A stretch of 64,000 nt of DNA, taken from contig NW_024704743.1 in NCBI RefSeq assembly GCF_018977255.1, positions 51,400,001-51,464,000 on the forward strand. Direction: 5' to 3'. The translations under genes were made by a program, and so were the position numbers. The notes under the pieces are model-generated. The model had not been told where the DNA came from, ran no database searches, and saw only the letters and a program-made list of their open reading frames with translations. The stretch comes from Callorhinchus milii. Taxonomy: Eukaryota. Within the stretch, counting starts at the first letter, position 1. Every line of letters starts with the position of its first letter. Positions 37,201 to 49,620 of the stretch are shown piece after piece.

Positions 37201-38044
37201 CTTAAGTCTAAAAAGTTTTAAAAGAATGGGCCCAAATAGACTAAAATAGTCAGACACTTCAACAGTCTAGACTTTGATATGATTGAGGGGGTCAGGATAT
37301 GATTGTGGAAGGTTGCAAATATAACATTTCTGGAGCCAAAAAACAATTTTATGCCTGCAGTTCAAAGCGCTCCGAGACACTGCCCGGCATTAAGGGCGCT
37401 ATACATATGCAAGTTGTTGTTGTTGTCGTACTGCATATACTGTATGCGTTTCTCTCCCTTAACTTCCTGCTTCCTTACATTTCTCAGGCCCCAACACCTC
37501 ATTCAAGAGGTTCTTCACAATGAGAACCAAGAGTGTAATCAACCGAGAAATCATCACCAAGAGTCATATCTGAAAAAAAACATACAATATATAGTTTGAT
37601 CTCAGGGAAGGGGATTGGCTGATACAAATGCATCTCATTGAATAATCTTTCTCATCATCTGGGTCAGACTAATGGGAAGACCTGTCACCATGTTTAAGAG
37701 TACTTGTCCATGAAGAGAAATGTCACAGTCAAACTCAGTGTTTTCTTCTGATATCCACATATGAGCACTTCTCCTAATTGGGGGAAAGGGGGGCATTTAC
37801 CTATACCTTGTTTTTCCTTGTGTGGTGGATTATTCTGAACAATTAGTGCTCTGGTTTAAATACGTTTCTTCCCATATCTGTTTCATATTTACTTTCTACT
37901 CATTTACTTTCGCCATTGCAGACTTTCTTAATTTTCTTTAAATAGCCTGGGTTTTCCTAATCTGTACTATTTAATATTTCAGATATTTCACTATTTTTTA
38001 GATTGTACTGAGGACATACATTCCCTGGAAAAGGTATATAAGAA

Positions 38045-38425
38045 AGAAGAAAGAACTTGCATTTTTATAGTATCTTATCATGTGAAAAGATCTTAAAGCA
38101 CTTCACAAGTAATTACTGTTAAGTATAGTTACTTTATTGTAGGCAAAGGCACCAATCAATTTACACCACTAAGATCCTACAGCCAATTTATGTAAGCAAG
38201 ATTCCTCAAGCATCCATGAAGTGAATGATCAATGCATCTGGAGGATTTTTGGTCAGAATTTAGAAACAGTTGTGCTGGGATCTTTAATTCCATCTGAAAC
38301 AGGCAGATAGGACCTTGGTTAATATATACAAAAGCATATTTTATAAAAGGTACCAGCTCCAACAATACAGTGTTACTGCAGTTACTGTTACTGGTGTGTC
38401 AGCCTAGACTGGATGCTCAAGTTCC
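38045..38425 (-). mobile_element. Deu-domain SINE
   Basis: gggatctttaattccatctgaaacaggcagataggaccttggttaat...ctccaacaatacag...gtgtcagcctagact; tail at about 38050-38110. Confidence 0.75.
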
Positions 38426-38699
38426 CACAATAGTATTGTAAACTGATAGAGAGAGAGACACCAAAATTCTACTGTATTCTGCTCACTAAAATTACTGATA
38501 TTTTTCTGTACATCTTCTGTTGCAATACAATAAACTTATGATATTATTAATAATAATCTTTGATTTTGATATAGTACCTTATGTTGTCATTAAGATATCT
38601 CATAACATTTCACAGCATCTTTTGTAAAATTATGTGACTGTATTTTATGGGCGAATGCGCAGACAACAGCAATGGAATCCATTGGAGGAATTATTGGCC

Positions 38700-39030
38700 A
38701 GGCAACAAACTTGCATTTATATAGCACCCTTCAAGTATAATAACATCTTTCAGCAGGGAATATAGGTGGGAAAGAAGTTAAGGGACAACAATGAGTTCAA
38801 GGTCTTTAGATACGAAGTACAAGATGGAGATGAGTTGGTAATTGGGAGAGTTTGGAGAAATTGAAAGTATAGTTTCTGACAATGGGATTGTTGATGGTGG
38901 TTTTAAAGGCGAGGAGGACAGTGCTGGGAGAGATTGAAGATGTCAACCAGTAAGAGGCAGATCAGGGGCTATTGGGTGATCAGTTGCGGGTGCATCAAGG
39001 TAGCAGGTGGTGGGTTTCATATGTCTGATG
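38700..39030 (-). mobile_element. Old L2 fragments
   Basis: caacaaacttgcatttatatagcaccc tail; gatggtggttttaaaggcgaggaggacagtg...ttgaagatgtc similar to 24795-24860 and 16760-16910. Confidence 0.55.
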
Positions 39031-40308
39031 AGTACAAAACTTTAGTGGAAAAGATCATTACTGCGGTATAAATTAGCAATATGCACAAACTGCATCTGAT
39101 ACATTAATTAAAAATTCCCATTTGTGATTACCAGAAGCCATTTAGTTTACAAGAATCCTGGAAGCCGGAAAAGTTTGATAACAGGTTAAAGGCAAACCAC
39201 TTATTTTCTGCTTTTGCTCATGTTCCGGAGCTTGGAAAAGTGCACGACTCTTATAGTCGAAAACCAGAAGATATAATTAATGCATCAAATCAAGTTTGTA
39301 AATATTACTAATGAGACCACACTATCAGTGATGAATGGAACCCATTTTATTTTGCATTTGTTTTGGCATTTTATTCTACATATGACTGTGACTTTTTATT
39401 CTTAAGGTGTCACAAAGAAACCTCAAATTAGTCATTTAGATCAAAATGTTGGCAATTTCAGGTTCAGAAATTGGTTCGGAACTAATCCCACAATCCGGCC
39501 TCTTCGAGAACTGAGACTTATAAGCACCGTCCAACATGGGAAAACAATATGTCCGACTAAAAGCCACAGTGACATTACGTACCATGCTCCTCAGTGGTGA
39601 GAGATGAGAGAAAGTTGCTTGCCTCCTCTCAAATTACAGGGTGGATAACATTAACCATTAGTCTCTAATCACATAAAATTGTGTAATGATATACAAACAG
39701 CTCAACATTTCTGTAGGGTCTAGCTTCACGCCTGCTTTGTTATTGGTACAGCAACATAGCAACATTGTCACTTGTTTGAAGTGCAGGATCAGCAAATATC
39801 AGCAAGAATTTCTCGCTTGCAAGCCAGAAAAAAAATGCATATCCAGTATATTGATTACATAGTTATGCTTCTGTCTGAGAAATTTCAATAATATAACCTG
39901 CCAAAATATATAATAATGAGCCTACTCTCTTTTTTTCATTTTACATTAAATATAATTTGATTTCAGATCACCAGTGACTGTGATCTGCTTGGAGAGACCA
40001 AAAAGAATTCATTAATTTATGTAAATGGACATTTCTGGTGTGCATGCCAAACAATTTCAAATGGCATCAAATTTCATCTGGCTTCTAACTAAAATCTGAA
40101 TGGGTCATACACTAAGCTGAGGAGGGAATTGTGGTGCTGGCCAATTGAAAGTGCATTTTAATCAATGTTGCTCATTTCTGTTCAAGGAGACATAAACAAA
40201 TCAAAGCTGTAAAAAAGCCAAGTGACTTTAATAAACTGGAGCTAGAAAGATTAAAACTCATGTCAAAATCCTACCCTTGAGAATTTTATGAGATTTTTAT
40301 TTCTGAAC

Positions 40309-41753
40309 TCATAGATCATAGAATCGAACAGCACAAAAAGAGGCCATTCAGCCCATCGAGTTTGTGCCAGCTCTCTGAATAGAGCAATGTAATGTCAATC
40401 CCACTCCCCAGCCCTTTCCCCATAACCCTGCAAACTCGTCCTCCTCAAATACCCGTCCACCGCGTTTTTAAAAGTAGTTATTGAATCGGCCTTGACCACC
40501 CTTTCAGGCAATGCGTTCCAGATTCGAACAACTCGTTGCGTGAAAAAATGTCTTCTCACCTCCCTTCTGCTTCTTTTAGAGACTATTTTGAATCTGTGAC
40601 CTCGAGTCACCAACAAACCCACCAGTGGAAACAGTTTTTCCCTTTCTAACCTATCAAATCCCCTCATGATTTTGAAGACCTCTTTTAGGTCTCCTCGTAA
40701 CCTTCTCTGCTCCAATGAGAATAATCCCAGCCTCTCCAGCCTTTCCTCATAATCAAGGTCCCTCATTCCTGGTACCATTCTTGTAAATCTCCTCTTCACC
40801 CTTTCCAATGCCTTAACATCCTTCCTTTGGGGGGTGCCCAGAACTGGGCGCAGTGTTCTAACTGAGGCCTAACCAGTGTTTATATAGGTTAATCATAACC
40901 TCCTGACTCTTGTACTCTATGCCCCTATTTATAAAGCCTGGTATCCCATATGCCCTTTTTACAGTTTTATCTACTGCCCTGCCACCTTCAAGGATTCATT
41001 TACCTGCACCCCCAGGTCTCTCTGTTCTTTTACCCCCTTAAGATTGTATTACCAGCCTATATTGCCTCCCCTCATTCTTTCTACCAAAATGCATTACCTC
41101 GCATTTCTCCACATTGAAATTCATCTGCCATGTGTCTGCCCATTTTACCATTCTGTCTATGTCTTCCTGCAGTTGGCTACTATCCTTCTCACTGTTTACT
41201 ACCCTACCTAACTTTGTGTCATCCGCAAACTTGGAAATGGTACTTGCTATACCCAAGTCCAGATCGCTTATGTATATTAAGAAGAGCAGTGGTCCTAATA
41301 CCGATCCCTGGGGGACACCACTGTATACTCCCTCCAGTCAGAAAAGCAGCCATTCACCACAACTCTCTAGAGCTTTCTGTCTCCCAGCCAGTTCTGGATC
41401 CATGCGACCACTATCTGTTTTATACCATGGGCTTCTATCTTTCTTACAAGTCTTTCATGTGGCACTTTGTCAAATGCCTTTTGAAAGTCCATATAAACTA
41501 CATCAACTGCACTACCTTTATCCACACTCTCCGTTACCTCATCGAAAAGTTCTATTAGATTTATTAGACAAGATTTGCCTTTAACAAATCCATGTTGGCT
41601 ATCCCTAATTAACCCATATTCTTCTAAGTGAAGATTTATTCTGTCCCAGATTATAGTCTCCAGGAGTTTCCCCACTACTGATGTTAGGCTGACTGGCCTG
41701 TAGTTCCCAGGTTTGTCCTTCTGTCCCTTTTTGTACAGTGGAGTCACATTGGC
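40309..41753 (-). mobile_element. CR1-clade LINE, 5'-truncated 1.45 kb (RT to 3' end), frameshifted
   Basis: TPLYKKG..KPGNYRPVSLTSVVGKLLE, SQHGFVKGKSC, YMDFQKAFDKVPH, KFADDTKL, LFSLEQRRLRGDL, FFTQRVVRIWNALP; 3' repeat ttctatgatctatga. Confidence 0.97.
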
Positions 41754-41799
41754 CTTTACTCTTGTAAAGGAAATCAGTCACCTTGAAGGAAATGCAAGA

Positions 41800-42185
41800 A
41801 ATAATAATTTTTGCATTTGGTATACAATGTTGAGAAAGTCTCAAAGTTTCTTTATAGTGTAGTGATTGTTTATTAGGCAAACACATAAATTTTCATAGAG
41901 CATATGCCTACACATATCCAAGAAACGAATGATCAATTTTAAATGGAGTATTACTGGTCACTATACTGGGAGAAACTCCCTTTTTTACATATTGTCAAGA
42001 AATTTTTATCTTCCACCTCAACAGGCATCCTTTGTTTGGCATCTTATCTGAAGGAAAGCATCTCTAACAACGCAGCACTCCATTGGAGTGTCAGCCTAGA
42101 TTGCGAGGTCAAATCCTGACCTGGGGCTTGAATCCATAACCTTCTTACACAGAGTTCAAAATGCTACCAACTGAGCCAAGCTGAC
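41800..42185 (-). mobile_element. Deu-domain SINE, full length
   Basis: Reverse complement starts gtcagcttggctcagttggtagca...ggattcaagcccc; Deu core; tail ending (TTA)n. Confidence 0.88.
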
Positions 42186-42224
42186 AAAGTAAAGCATATT
42201 AACTAATGAGAAGCACATTACTGT

Positions 42225-42362
42225 ATCTGTTTGTGGGACATTGCTGTGCATAATTGTGTTCGTCTACAAATATCCAGTGACTTTACAGAAATCTTGTGAA
42301 GCGCTTTGGGATGTCTTCCTGACATGAAAGGGGCTATATCAAATGCAAGGACTATTATTATT
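42225..42362 (+). mobile_element. SINE 3' part
   Basis: ctgtttgtgggacattgctgtgc...gtgaagcgctttgggatgtcttcctgacatgaaaggggctatatcaaatgcaagga. Confidence 0.85.
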
Positions 42363-42789
42363 AACAGTGTCAAACCTCTTTTGTTTCACTGGCTTCTGCG
42401 TTATTTGGATCCTATCCTCGCCACCTCACAACACACATTCCTCACCTGTTAGAGAGGAGAGGCTGCTTAGACTGGGGTTGCTTCAATACCAATGTAAGCA
42501 GACAATAGCATGTGAAAGCTCTCGATATCTCGCTCTTTGAATTTGCCTCTGATTGCATGTCTCCTTCAGGTGATGTACAGGTGATGTACGGCCCAACACA
42601 TTGACACATCTTTTGATGATATACTCTGATGTCTTAGATTTATTGTCAAAGCCTTAGCAATTATTCCAGGACCTGAGGCAGAGGTGGATAATTGGCTAAT
42701 ATTTTGACATACCCCATTTATGCATCCAGAGAAAGAAAATATTGTTCACTCAGGGTTCACTACTACATGCTGAAGCAGTTGGGATCAAA

Positions 42790-43245
42790 TAACTAAACAG
42801 TTGGTCCTCAGTGACATGGCTCCTGCTCCTGGTCACTGTGCAGCAAACCCTGTTGTCGAATAGCCTGGTGATATTGGTGACAGTGTCAAAGTTCTCACAC
42901 AATGCGAGCTACAGGAGAATGACCGGCACTATGGAACCACATCCCAGCAGCTGGAAAATAAAACAACCATTTTTGGGGGGGGTCAGCGAAGTATCTGACG
43001 CATGCGGAAACCCATCACCTTACTTATGAGTATCCAAACCAAGCTGAGATTTCCATGTATTCCACCTACACATGGAAATTCCACGGATAGATTGTTGGAG
43101 TGGAATGCACTCTCCCTGACGCTTACCTAATTCTGGAAAGTATTCAGGAACCAAGATTTGGGGACCCCAGAATGTACATTGGGGTCCCCAATACTCAAAT
43201 TCGAATGAGAAGGGGAAGGGGAGAAAATTGGCAAAAGAAAAACAG
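42790..43245 (+). mobile_element. LF-SINE-like relic split by an insertion
   Basis: acagttggtcctcag...gctcctgctcctggtcactg...gtcgaatagcctg...ctcacac (42790-42905) and terminal gaaggggagaaaattggc (about 43205-43245). Confidence 0.65.
42960..43200 (+). repeat. Unclassified interspersed repeat, copy 2 (ends in a strong hairpin)
   Basis: Homologous to 33065-33310; ttggggacccca-gaatgtacat-tggggtccccaa at 43158-43191. Confidence 0.8.
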
Positions 43246-43889
43246 AACATTTGAGTGAGTGGCTACCACTGCCATGATGGTATTCAGACTAAAAACAAAC
43301 AATTAAGATAAGGAAATTGTACTTGACTGTTTAATAGTAATGATATTACAACAAGGGAAATGTACTTATACTTACCTAAAGGCCAATGCACACACAGCAA
43401 ATTATTTCAAACCAGTCGTATGGAGAGACTAGATTGCCTTTATCTATATCGATGCTCTGAAGTGATTATCACACACATTTACAACATTTCACTTCTATGG
43501 GATAATCTAGAGTATCCTTTGCTGCCCAGAGAAAAATCTATGTCCACAACTTTTCCCTCTCCTCCCAACCCCTCCTTTCGCTCCGACCCCCAGCCCACGT
43601 GCCCAGCCGAAAATTCTCAAATGATTTGAGCTGTTCCCCAGGTGTGAAAGCTTCTCTCAAAGTATAAATTGCATTGTATTAAAATAGTTTACAAAAATAA
43701 TATCCTAATGTAACAATCGGGTGAAACTGCAATACTTGTAATTCACAAACCAGATGTGTTTGTGCTAATAGAAACACTTGGAATTTGTGACCTTTTTGCT
43801 TTTCAACCTTATTTTAGATTTTTCAGGTCTCTGGGTCCACTACCTCAGAGGCTGTGACATAAGCAAAGTGTGAAAAAATGATTGAATTC

Positions 43890-44096
43890 TGGGATTGTCA
43901 GTGATGTAATTTCTTGTGCATTGTGTGCATGCACTCAATGTGCAGGAAATGAAACACCTTTTATGTCACTTCATATGTGCTACACTTGCGTGTGACATGT
44001 AAGAACCATTGCTTCCTTCACAAAGTGACATCAGTGATGCTTCTTGAACATAGGGTGCATCCACAATGTACAGGAAGTGACATCAGTGCCAACCTA
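43890..44096. mobile_element. Palindromic MITE-like element (possibly hAT Tip100/Blackjack-type ends)
   Basis: About 60-bp imperfect inverted arms; ends tgggattgtca ... tgccaaccta resemble TAGGGTTGCCA/TGGCAACCCTA. Confidence 0.5.
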
Positions 44097-45448
44097 ACAT
44101 GCCGGATGTCAACAGCAACAACAAATTACATTTGTATAGGGCCTGTCACGTCGGGAGTACGTCCCAAGGCAATGCCATCTATTTTTTAGAGCAGGAAGCA
44201 CCCACGAGGTATTAGTACCATAAGCTTGGCAGAGCTATATGGTATTTCCTTGACCCAATGTTTTACATGAATAACATGAATAACATTTGTATAGAAACAA
44301 AGTTTGTACTGATTAGACTAAATAGCCCATTTGGAAGAATACAGTGTTACCAATAGTCAATTTAAAGAATGACCATTCAAAGGAAACTAGGGGAGATACT
44401 GCTAATCTATCTCCCCAGACAGAGGAAGCCTGAACGTTTACACTTTGCGTATTTAGATAGACTTAGTCTGCAGTGTGTGGGCTCAAAACAGTCCCATGAT
44501 TCTCTGTATGATATCAATTTGTGGATTATATGCAGACCATTCAGGACAAAAATGCTATTGTTACATCAAAAGATTAGTCCTTCTTTGCCCTTGCATAAAA
44601 AAAATTCAGGAAGAATTTCGAGGGTAAAGACCCAAAGTAGAAATGTTATGAAAACAAAGAGCAGGCAATAACATAAACCTTAAAACAATAAATAAAGAAT
44701 AGCTACAAAATACCAATATGCTCTGCAGCTTTAAATCTTAGATCAACATTACCCAGCTCACAGAAAGCTGAGAAATGTCAAGTTCTTACTGGAAAACTTA
44801 ATAACTTTAGTAAGTGCTGGAGAACTTTTCATGAGCAATGACTTGAGCTACAACTTTAAACACAAAGAATTTGATTTTGAAAATGTTTTCACACTGATGC
44901 TTTTTGTATGCTTTTCCTTTCAGATACAGGCAATGCTTTTGCTATTTGCTTGATTTTTAAGGTTTGCTTTGGGGCTTTGAACTATCACATTTTTAAGTAT
45001 AACACTGCAAATATACTAGCAAGTCTATTGTTCAACTGCAATGCTTCACTCTCCTACTTACATTATTCCTGTCATATCCTCCAAAAACATGGGTTGACAC
45101 AAGAGGGAAAAAAATAATGAAGTAGAAAACACTAATGGTTGTATAATAAGCCACCTGAGGCTGAAATTTCACCTAGCTTTACACTTAAAGAGCATTTTGT
45201 CTTTAAATGAAAGATTGCACAGGTTTATGGAAAATTCTGAAATTCAGGCTTAATTTGGACACTATTAAAGACAGCTTCCAAATTAAGCTGAATTTAAGAA
45301 TTGTCCACTGTTCCGCAGGATTTAAAATTTTAAGGGAATTGGTAGTTAAATTTTGTGCCTTTAGTGTTTTCCAGTAGTTTATTTTTGGAAGGGGTTTTAG
45401 GGAAGAAGGCAGAGCAGGGAATAATGAGGTTAAAACGTATTTGAATAA

Positions 45449-45796
45449 TATAACATGCACCCCCCACCCCCACCCCAAGCCAAGCAGATATGGACGCATA
45501 AAAGGCTCTCACTACAACACAGGTTTATTCCAAGGCCGAGGAATACCTTGAATATAAACAGCAACACAACAACCACGATAGGGGTCCAGGGACCTGGGCT
45601 CACAGTCGGTGCCTGCCACCCCTCTCACAGATCCACACACTTGCAATCCCCCTGCTCTAGTCATTAACTAACCTAGGGCCAGCCATTTGGGTTTGGACCT
45701 CATGCTGCCTGACCCTGGGCCACAGCTGGGCCTACTCAGCTCAGCCCCAGCATGAAAGGGAGAGATGGGGCATTGGCACCTCCTTAAGATGTCACA
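45449..45796 (-). mobile_element. Possible solo LTR
   Basis: GC-richer 348-bp block with ends tataacat...atgtcaca (TG..CA-like, 6/8 inverted), ATAA on both flanks, minus-strand AATAAA at about 45524. Confidence 0.4.
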
Positions 45797-46962
45797 ATAA
45801 TAATAATAACCCTTGCATTTGATAAGGCCTCATCACATCATTGAAAAGTGCTTCACGCTGTAACGTGCAGTCACTGTATCTTTTGTAGCCAAAAATGTAC
45901 AAGTGATTTTTCATTTTATTTAAATTTTATTTTGAGTCATCCCTTCCTTTTATACATACAGACACATCTTGTGTGTCAGGAAAAGAGAAACAGTTTCCAA
46001 TTCATTGACATTAACATTGCTCATTGATTCACATTTCAATCAGGCACTTGCTTGTATCTGATCAAAGCAAATATGAGGGCATTGTATAACACCTGACCAT
46101 TTCCAATTATGGCACATGGACAGCTCAATGCAGGTATGAGATGTGTCATGATAACTGATAGCCAAGATGGTTGCAATGGATCATCTGAACATATAAGAGG
46201 CAAACTTTCAATTATATCACAAAGGGGATACTACACAAAGATGAACTGTTTTTTCAACTCTCAGTATAAAGGTCTGACAACAAGGTTTCTGTTGATCAAG
46301 TTCCACATCGATAATGAAATGAGTTCAGTCTTTTGGTCTTGTAGAAAAACTGATCAGGCGCTCAGTATTGCGGTTACTGGAATAAATCAGACTGTTTCAA
46401 ATATTCCAACAGTAACAACAAAGAAAACAAAGAATGTGGTGCCCTTTTATGGGCCGTATTTTCAGTTTATGTGCTTGACAGCTAAGAAAGCGTTGTCCTC
46501 ACCTTGACTCCCACAAACTTTATCTTTTAATCATGAAATGTTAAGTGTTTTCTGATAGTGATTTTAGGTATAGTTAGGGAGAAGTGTTTTGCTTTGGTTG
46601 GGCTGCCTGAAAATCCCATGACTGTGGTTAGAGACAGGAGTGTGCTACCCCCACCATAAATGTCAGATCTGAATAAATAAACACCATCCACATCTGAAAG
46701 CCGCTCTATGCCATCCTCTGTCAGCTGCATGATTGTTTGAATTCAAAGAATTATTGATTCATTTGTTTTAACTTTCCGAACACCAAGAGATGTTTTCATT
46801 TTATCAAAGGCACACATTTTTTCTTTGTGCAATTATTTTACAGTACATTTATGCGACTGAATGTAATAAAGTAGATTTAAAGAACTCTACAGAATTGTTC
46901 AGTATCTTTTTCTGTTTTTTAGCATTGTTTTTCAGTATTTTCACATTTGTTCTCCCTTTTTA

Positions 46963-47650
46963 GCTGTTAGTTTGGCTCAGTTGGTAGCACCTCTGACTCA
47001 CCTCTGAGTCAGAAGGTTGTGGGTTCAAGCCCCACATTGGAACTTTGGATTCTAGACTGACACTTGAGTGTGCTGTATTGTTGGAGCTGAACATTTCAAA
47101 TAAGATGTTAACCAAAGGTCCTGCCAACTTGTTCAGAGAATGTTAAAGATCCTTTGGCACTATTTGAAAACAGAGAATTTATCCCACATTTGCCTAAAAA
47201 TTGCACAGTCACTACATTGTGGAGTCCTCTAGCTCAGTGGTTAGAGCACTCATCTTGCAAGCGAGAGACATGGGTTCGTTTTGCGTCAGGGCGAAATGTG
47301 GGGCACGTTTCCTTACTCCACACACCTCTGTTTACCTAGCAGTAAGTAGGAACCGGTTGTTAGTCGATTGGTGGATTGCTTTTCCGGGGTATTGATTCCT
47401 TAAAAAAATAATAAATTGGTCACTTCAATCCACGACTGTTTGTGGGACACCGCTGTGCGCAATTGGCTGCTGTGTTTCGCCCACAAAATATACAGTAATT
47501 TCACTTTACAGTATATTCTGTGAAGTGCTTTGAGACATCTCAAAGACGTGATAAGGCACTATATCAAATGCAAGGATTATTATTATTTCAGTAAATTCTG
47601 TGTCGTTTTTTGAGACATGAAGACAATATCTCAAATGCAAGGATTAATAA
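46963..47650 (+). mobile_element. Deu-domain SINE interrupted in its tail by a family A SINE
   Basis: tttggctcagttggtagcac...ctctgagtcagaaggttgtgggttcaagcccc head, Deu core; tail acagtcactacatt resumes as ttcagtaaattctgtg at about 47588. Confidence 0.88.
47219..47588 (+). mobile_element. tRNA-derived SINE family A, full length (resembles Callorhinchus SINE2-1 as recalled)
   Basis: gtggagtcctctagctcagtggttagagcactcatcttgcaagcgag (tRNA-Ala-like, TGC), CORE-like body, L2 tail, (TTA)n. Confidence 0.93.
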
Positions 47651-47930
47651 ATCCTAATGTTTAATGGGACATTAAAGGTGTCTAATAAATAAAATCCATT
47701 AAAATAATTTATCATAAATCAATCCATAGCATGGATCTAGTTTGCAGGTCTGGAGTTTGCTGTAACTTTTTACTTAGCTTTTATTTTTACGATAGAATAT
47801 TGGAATGCATTTTGCAGTATTTACAATATACAATGCAATTTACATTTATATAGTGCCTTTCAGGTCGCAAAGACTTCTCAAAATGCTTCACATCTGCTAG
47901 CTGGGCATCTGAGCTGGGGTTGGAAACTAA

Positions 47931-48083
47931 ATTTCTTAATGGGATTTCATGGGAAGGCTTCTCCAAATCAATTTACTTTAGGAATGGGGCTCCCTTAAGT
48001 CAGCATGACAACAATAACTTACTTCTGGTTATCAGAGGGAGTATCCGCTTCGATTTCTTAATTAACAAATCCCATTAAGAAAT
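47931..48083. repeat. Perfect 17-bp inverted repeat with 119-bp spacer
   Basis: atttcttaatgggattt (47931-47947) / aaatcccattaagaaat (48067-48083). Confidence 0.85.
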
Positions 48084-48950
48084 ACTGCAGAATATAACCC
48101 TATATTTCTTAACTCGTAGCGTGCCAATAGGTCAGGGGAAATGCCAGGATGATTGGCTCACCTATTTTAAAGTGTTCAGCTTAGACACCACAAGGCTGAA
48201 ACTGGAACTAATATTATAATAGTAAAATTACTGAAGTGTCTGGAGTAGCTTTATTGCTCTGAAATTCACATTACATATTATTATTATTATTATTATTATA
48301 CAGTGTTCTGAGGCTCTATCCTGTGTGAAGGGTGCTTTATAAATGCAAGTTGATGTTGTGTATAACTAATAAAGATTGAAAAATAAAAATGTAACATTTG
48401 CCCTTTTTCTGTTTCACCATTCTCTCTTATGCATGTTTGCTTTCTTCTTTAATTCTTTTCAGTTGCCTTTTCCCAGTTGATCTGTTCTGGAGTTGTGGGT
48501 CTATATCTGCAGTACTAAAACGTGTGCCTTAATTATAATAATAATCCTTATATTTGGTATGGTGCCTTACACATTATGAGGACATCCCAAAGTGCTTCAC
48601 AGAGGATACTGCAAATTGCAGTAACTGTTGGTGTTTTGTAGGTGAACGTGGACTGAATGGCTCAAAAAAACCTGCAAATTTCTAATGAATTCCTTATTTA
48701 TTGACTCCTTGAAGCTTCTGCCTGTACTCACATGCTGTTCCTGGTCTATGATTCCCCCATAGCTGCTTCTCCTGATTAGCCAGCCGTTTGCCAGTAAAAA
48801 AAGTTTTTTCCTGAGTTATGGTATTACAACAGTGTGTCCAGTCTCGTAAGAAATTTGGGGGGCATTCTGCAACACATTCATTACGTGAATGAATATAAAG
48901 GGTGAAGGAATACACTTTTCTGTAGTTCTTAAAAGAATTGACTTCAAAAT

Positions 48951-49260
48951 TAATAATAATAATCCTTGCATTTGATATAGCGCTTTTCACATTTTCTAGA
49001 TGTCTCAAAGCGTTTCATAGACTATGCTGTAAAGTGAATTGACTGTATATTTGTGGGCGAACCGCGGCAGCCAATTGCGCACAGCAGTGTCCCACAAATA
49101 GCCGTGGATTGAAAATGATCAATTTTAGTATTGTTTTGTTTTGGAGGGATTATTATTAGATGTGTGGAGTAAGGAAACTTGCCCAAGGTTTTGCCCTGCC
49201 TGGAATTGAACCCAGGTCTCTTGCTTGTAAGGCAAGTGCTCTAACCACTGAGCTACAGGA
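48951..49260 (-). mobile_element. SINE family A, short internal-deletion variant
   Basis: Reverse complement tcctgtagctcagtggttagagcac...ggttcaattcc...ccttgggcaagtttccttactccacacatct-aataataatccc. Confidence 0.92.
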
Positions 49261-49309
49261 ATTAAGCCTGAATTTAAGAATGATAGAAACTTTGCACACT
49301 TTGAAATAT

Positions 49310-49620
49310 TCACAAGATCACAAAATTGCTTCGGATTAAATAAACTCTTCGGCCCTTCTGATCTCATCCCTTCAGAACTCACATTCTCCCATCATATCAT
49401 CAAGCTGTTTTTTAATGCGTCCAGTGTCCTGGCCTCAACCAGTTATTAATTACCCTCTGAGTAAAGAAGATCTTCCTGATATCTGTCCTAAAATTGCCCT
49501 TTACAATTCTAAACCTACATCCTTGTTTTCTACTGTCTTGCTGCAGCATTGATTTGGATTTACCTTTTCAATCCCATTTAAAATGCTATATTCCTATATG
49601 CGGTCCCTACTTCTCTCAAG
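49310..49620 (-). mobile_element. Old CR1 3' end
   Basis: ttttaatgcgtccagtg...ggcctcaacc...taccctctgagtaaagaagatcttcctgat...aattctaaacct. Confidence 0.7.

Noticed and set aside
41114..41584. 156-aa and 142-aa plus-strand ORFs
   Set aside because: Antisense to CR1 RT
46109..46507. 132-aa ORF in unique sequence
   Set aside because: No recognisable domain, codon bias or splice signals
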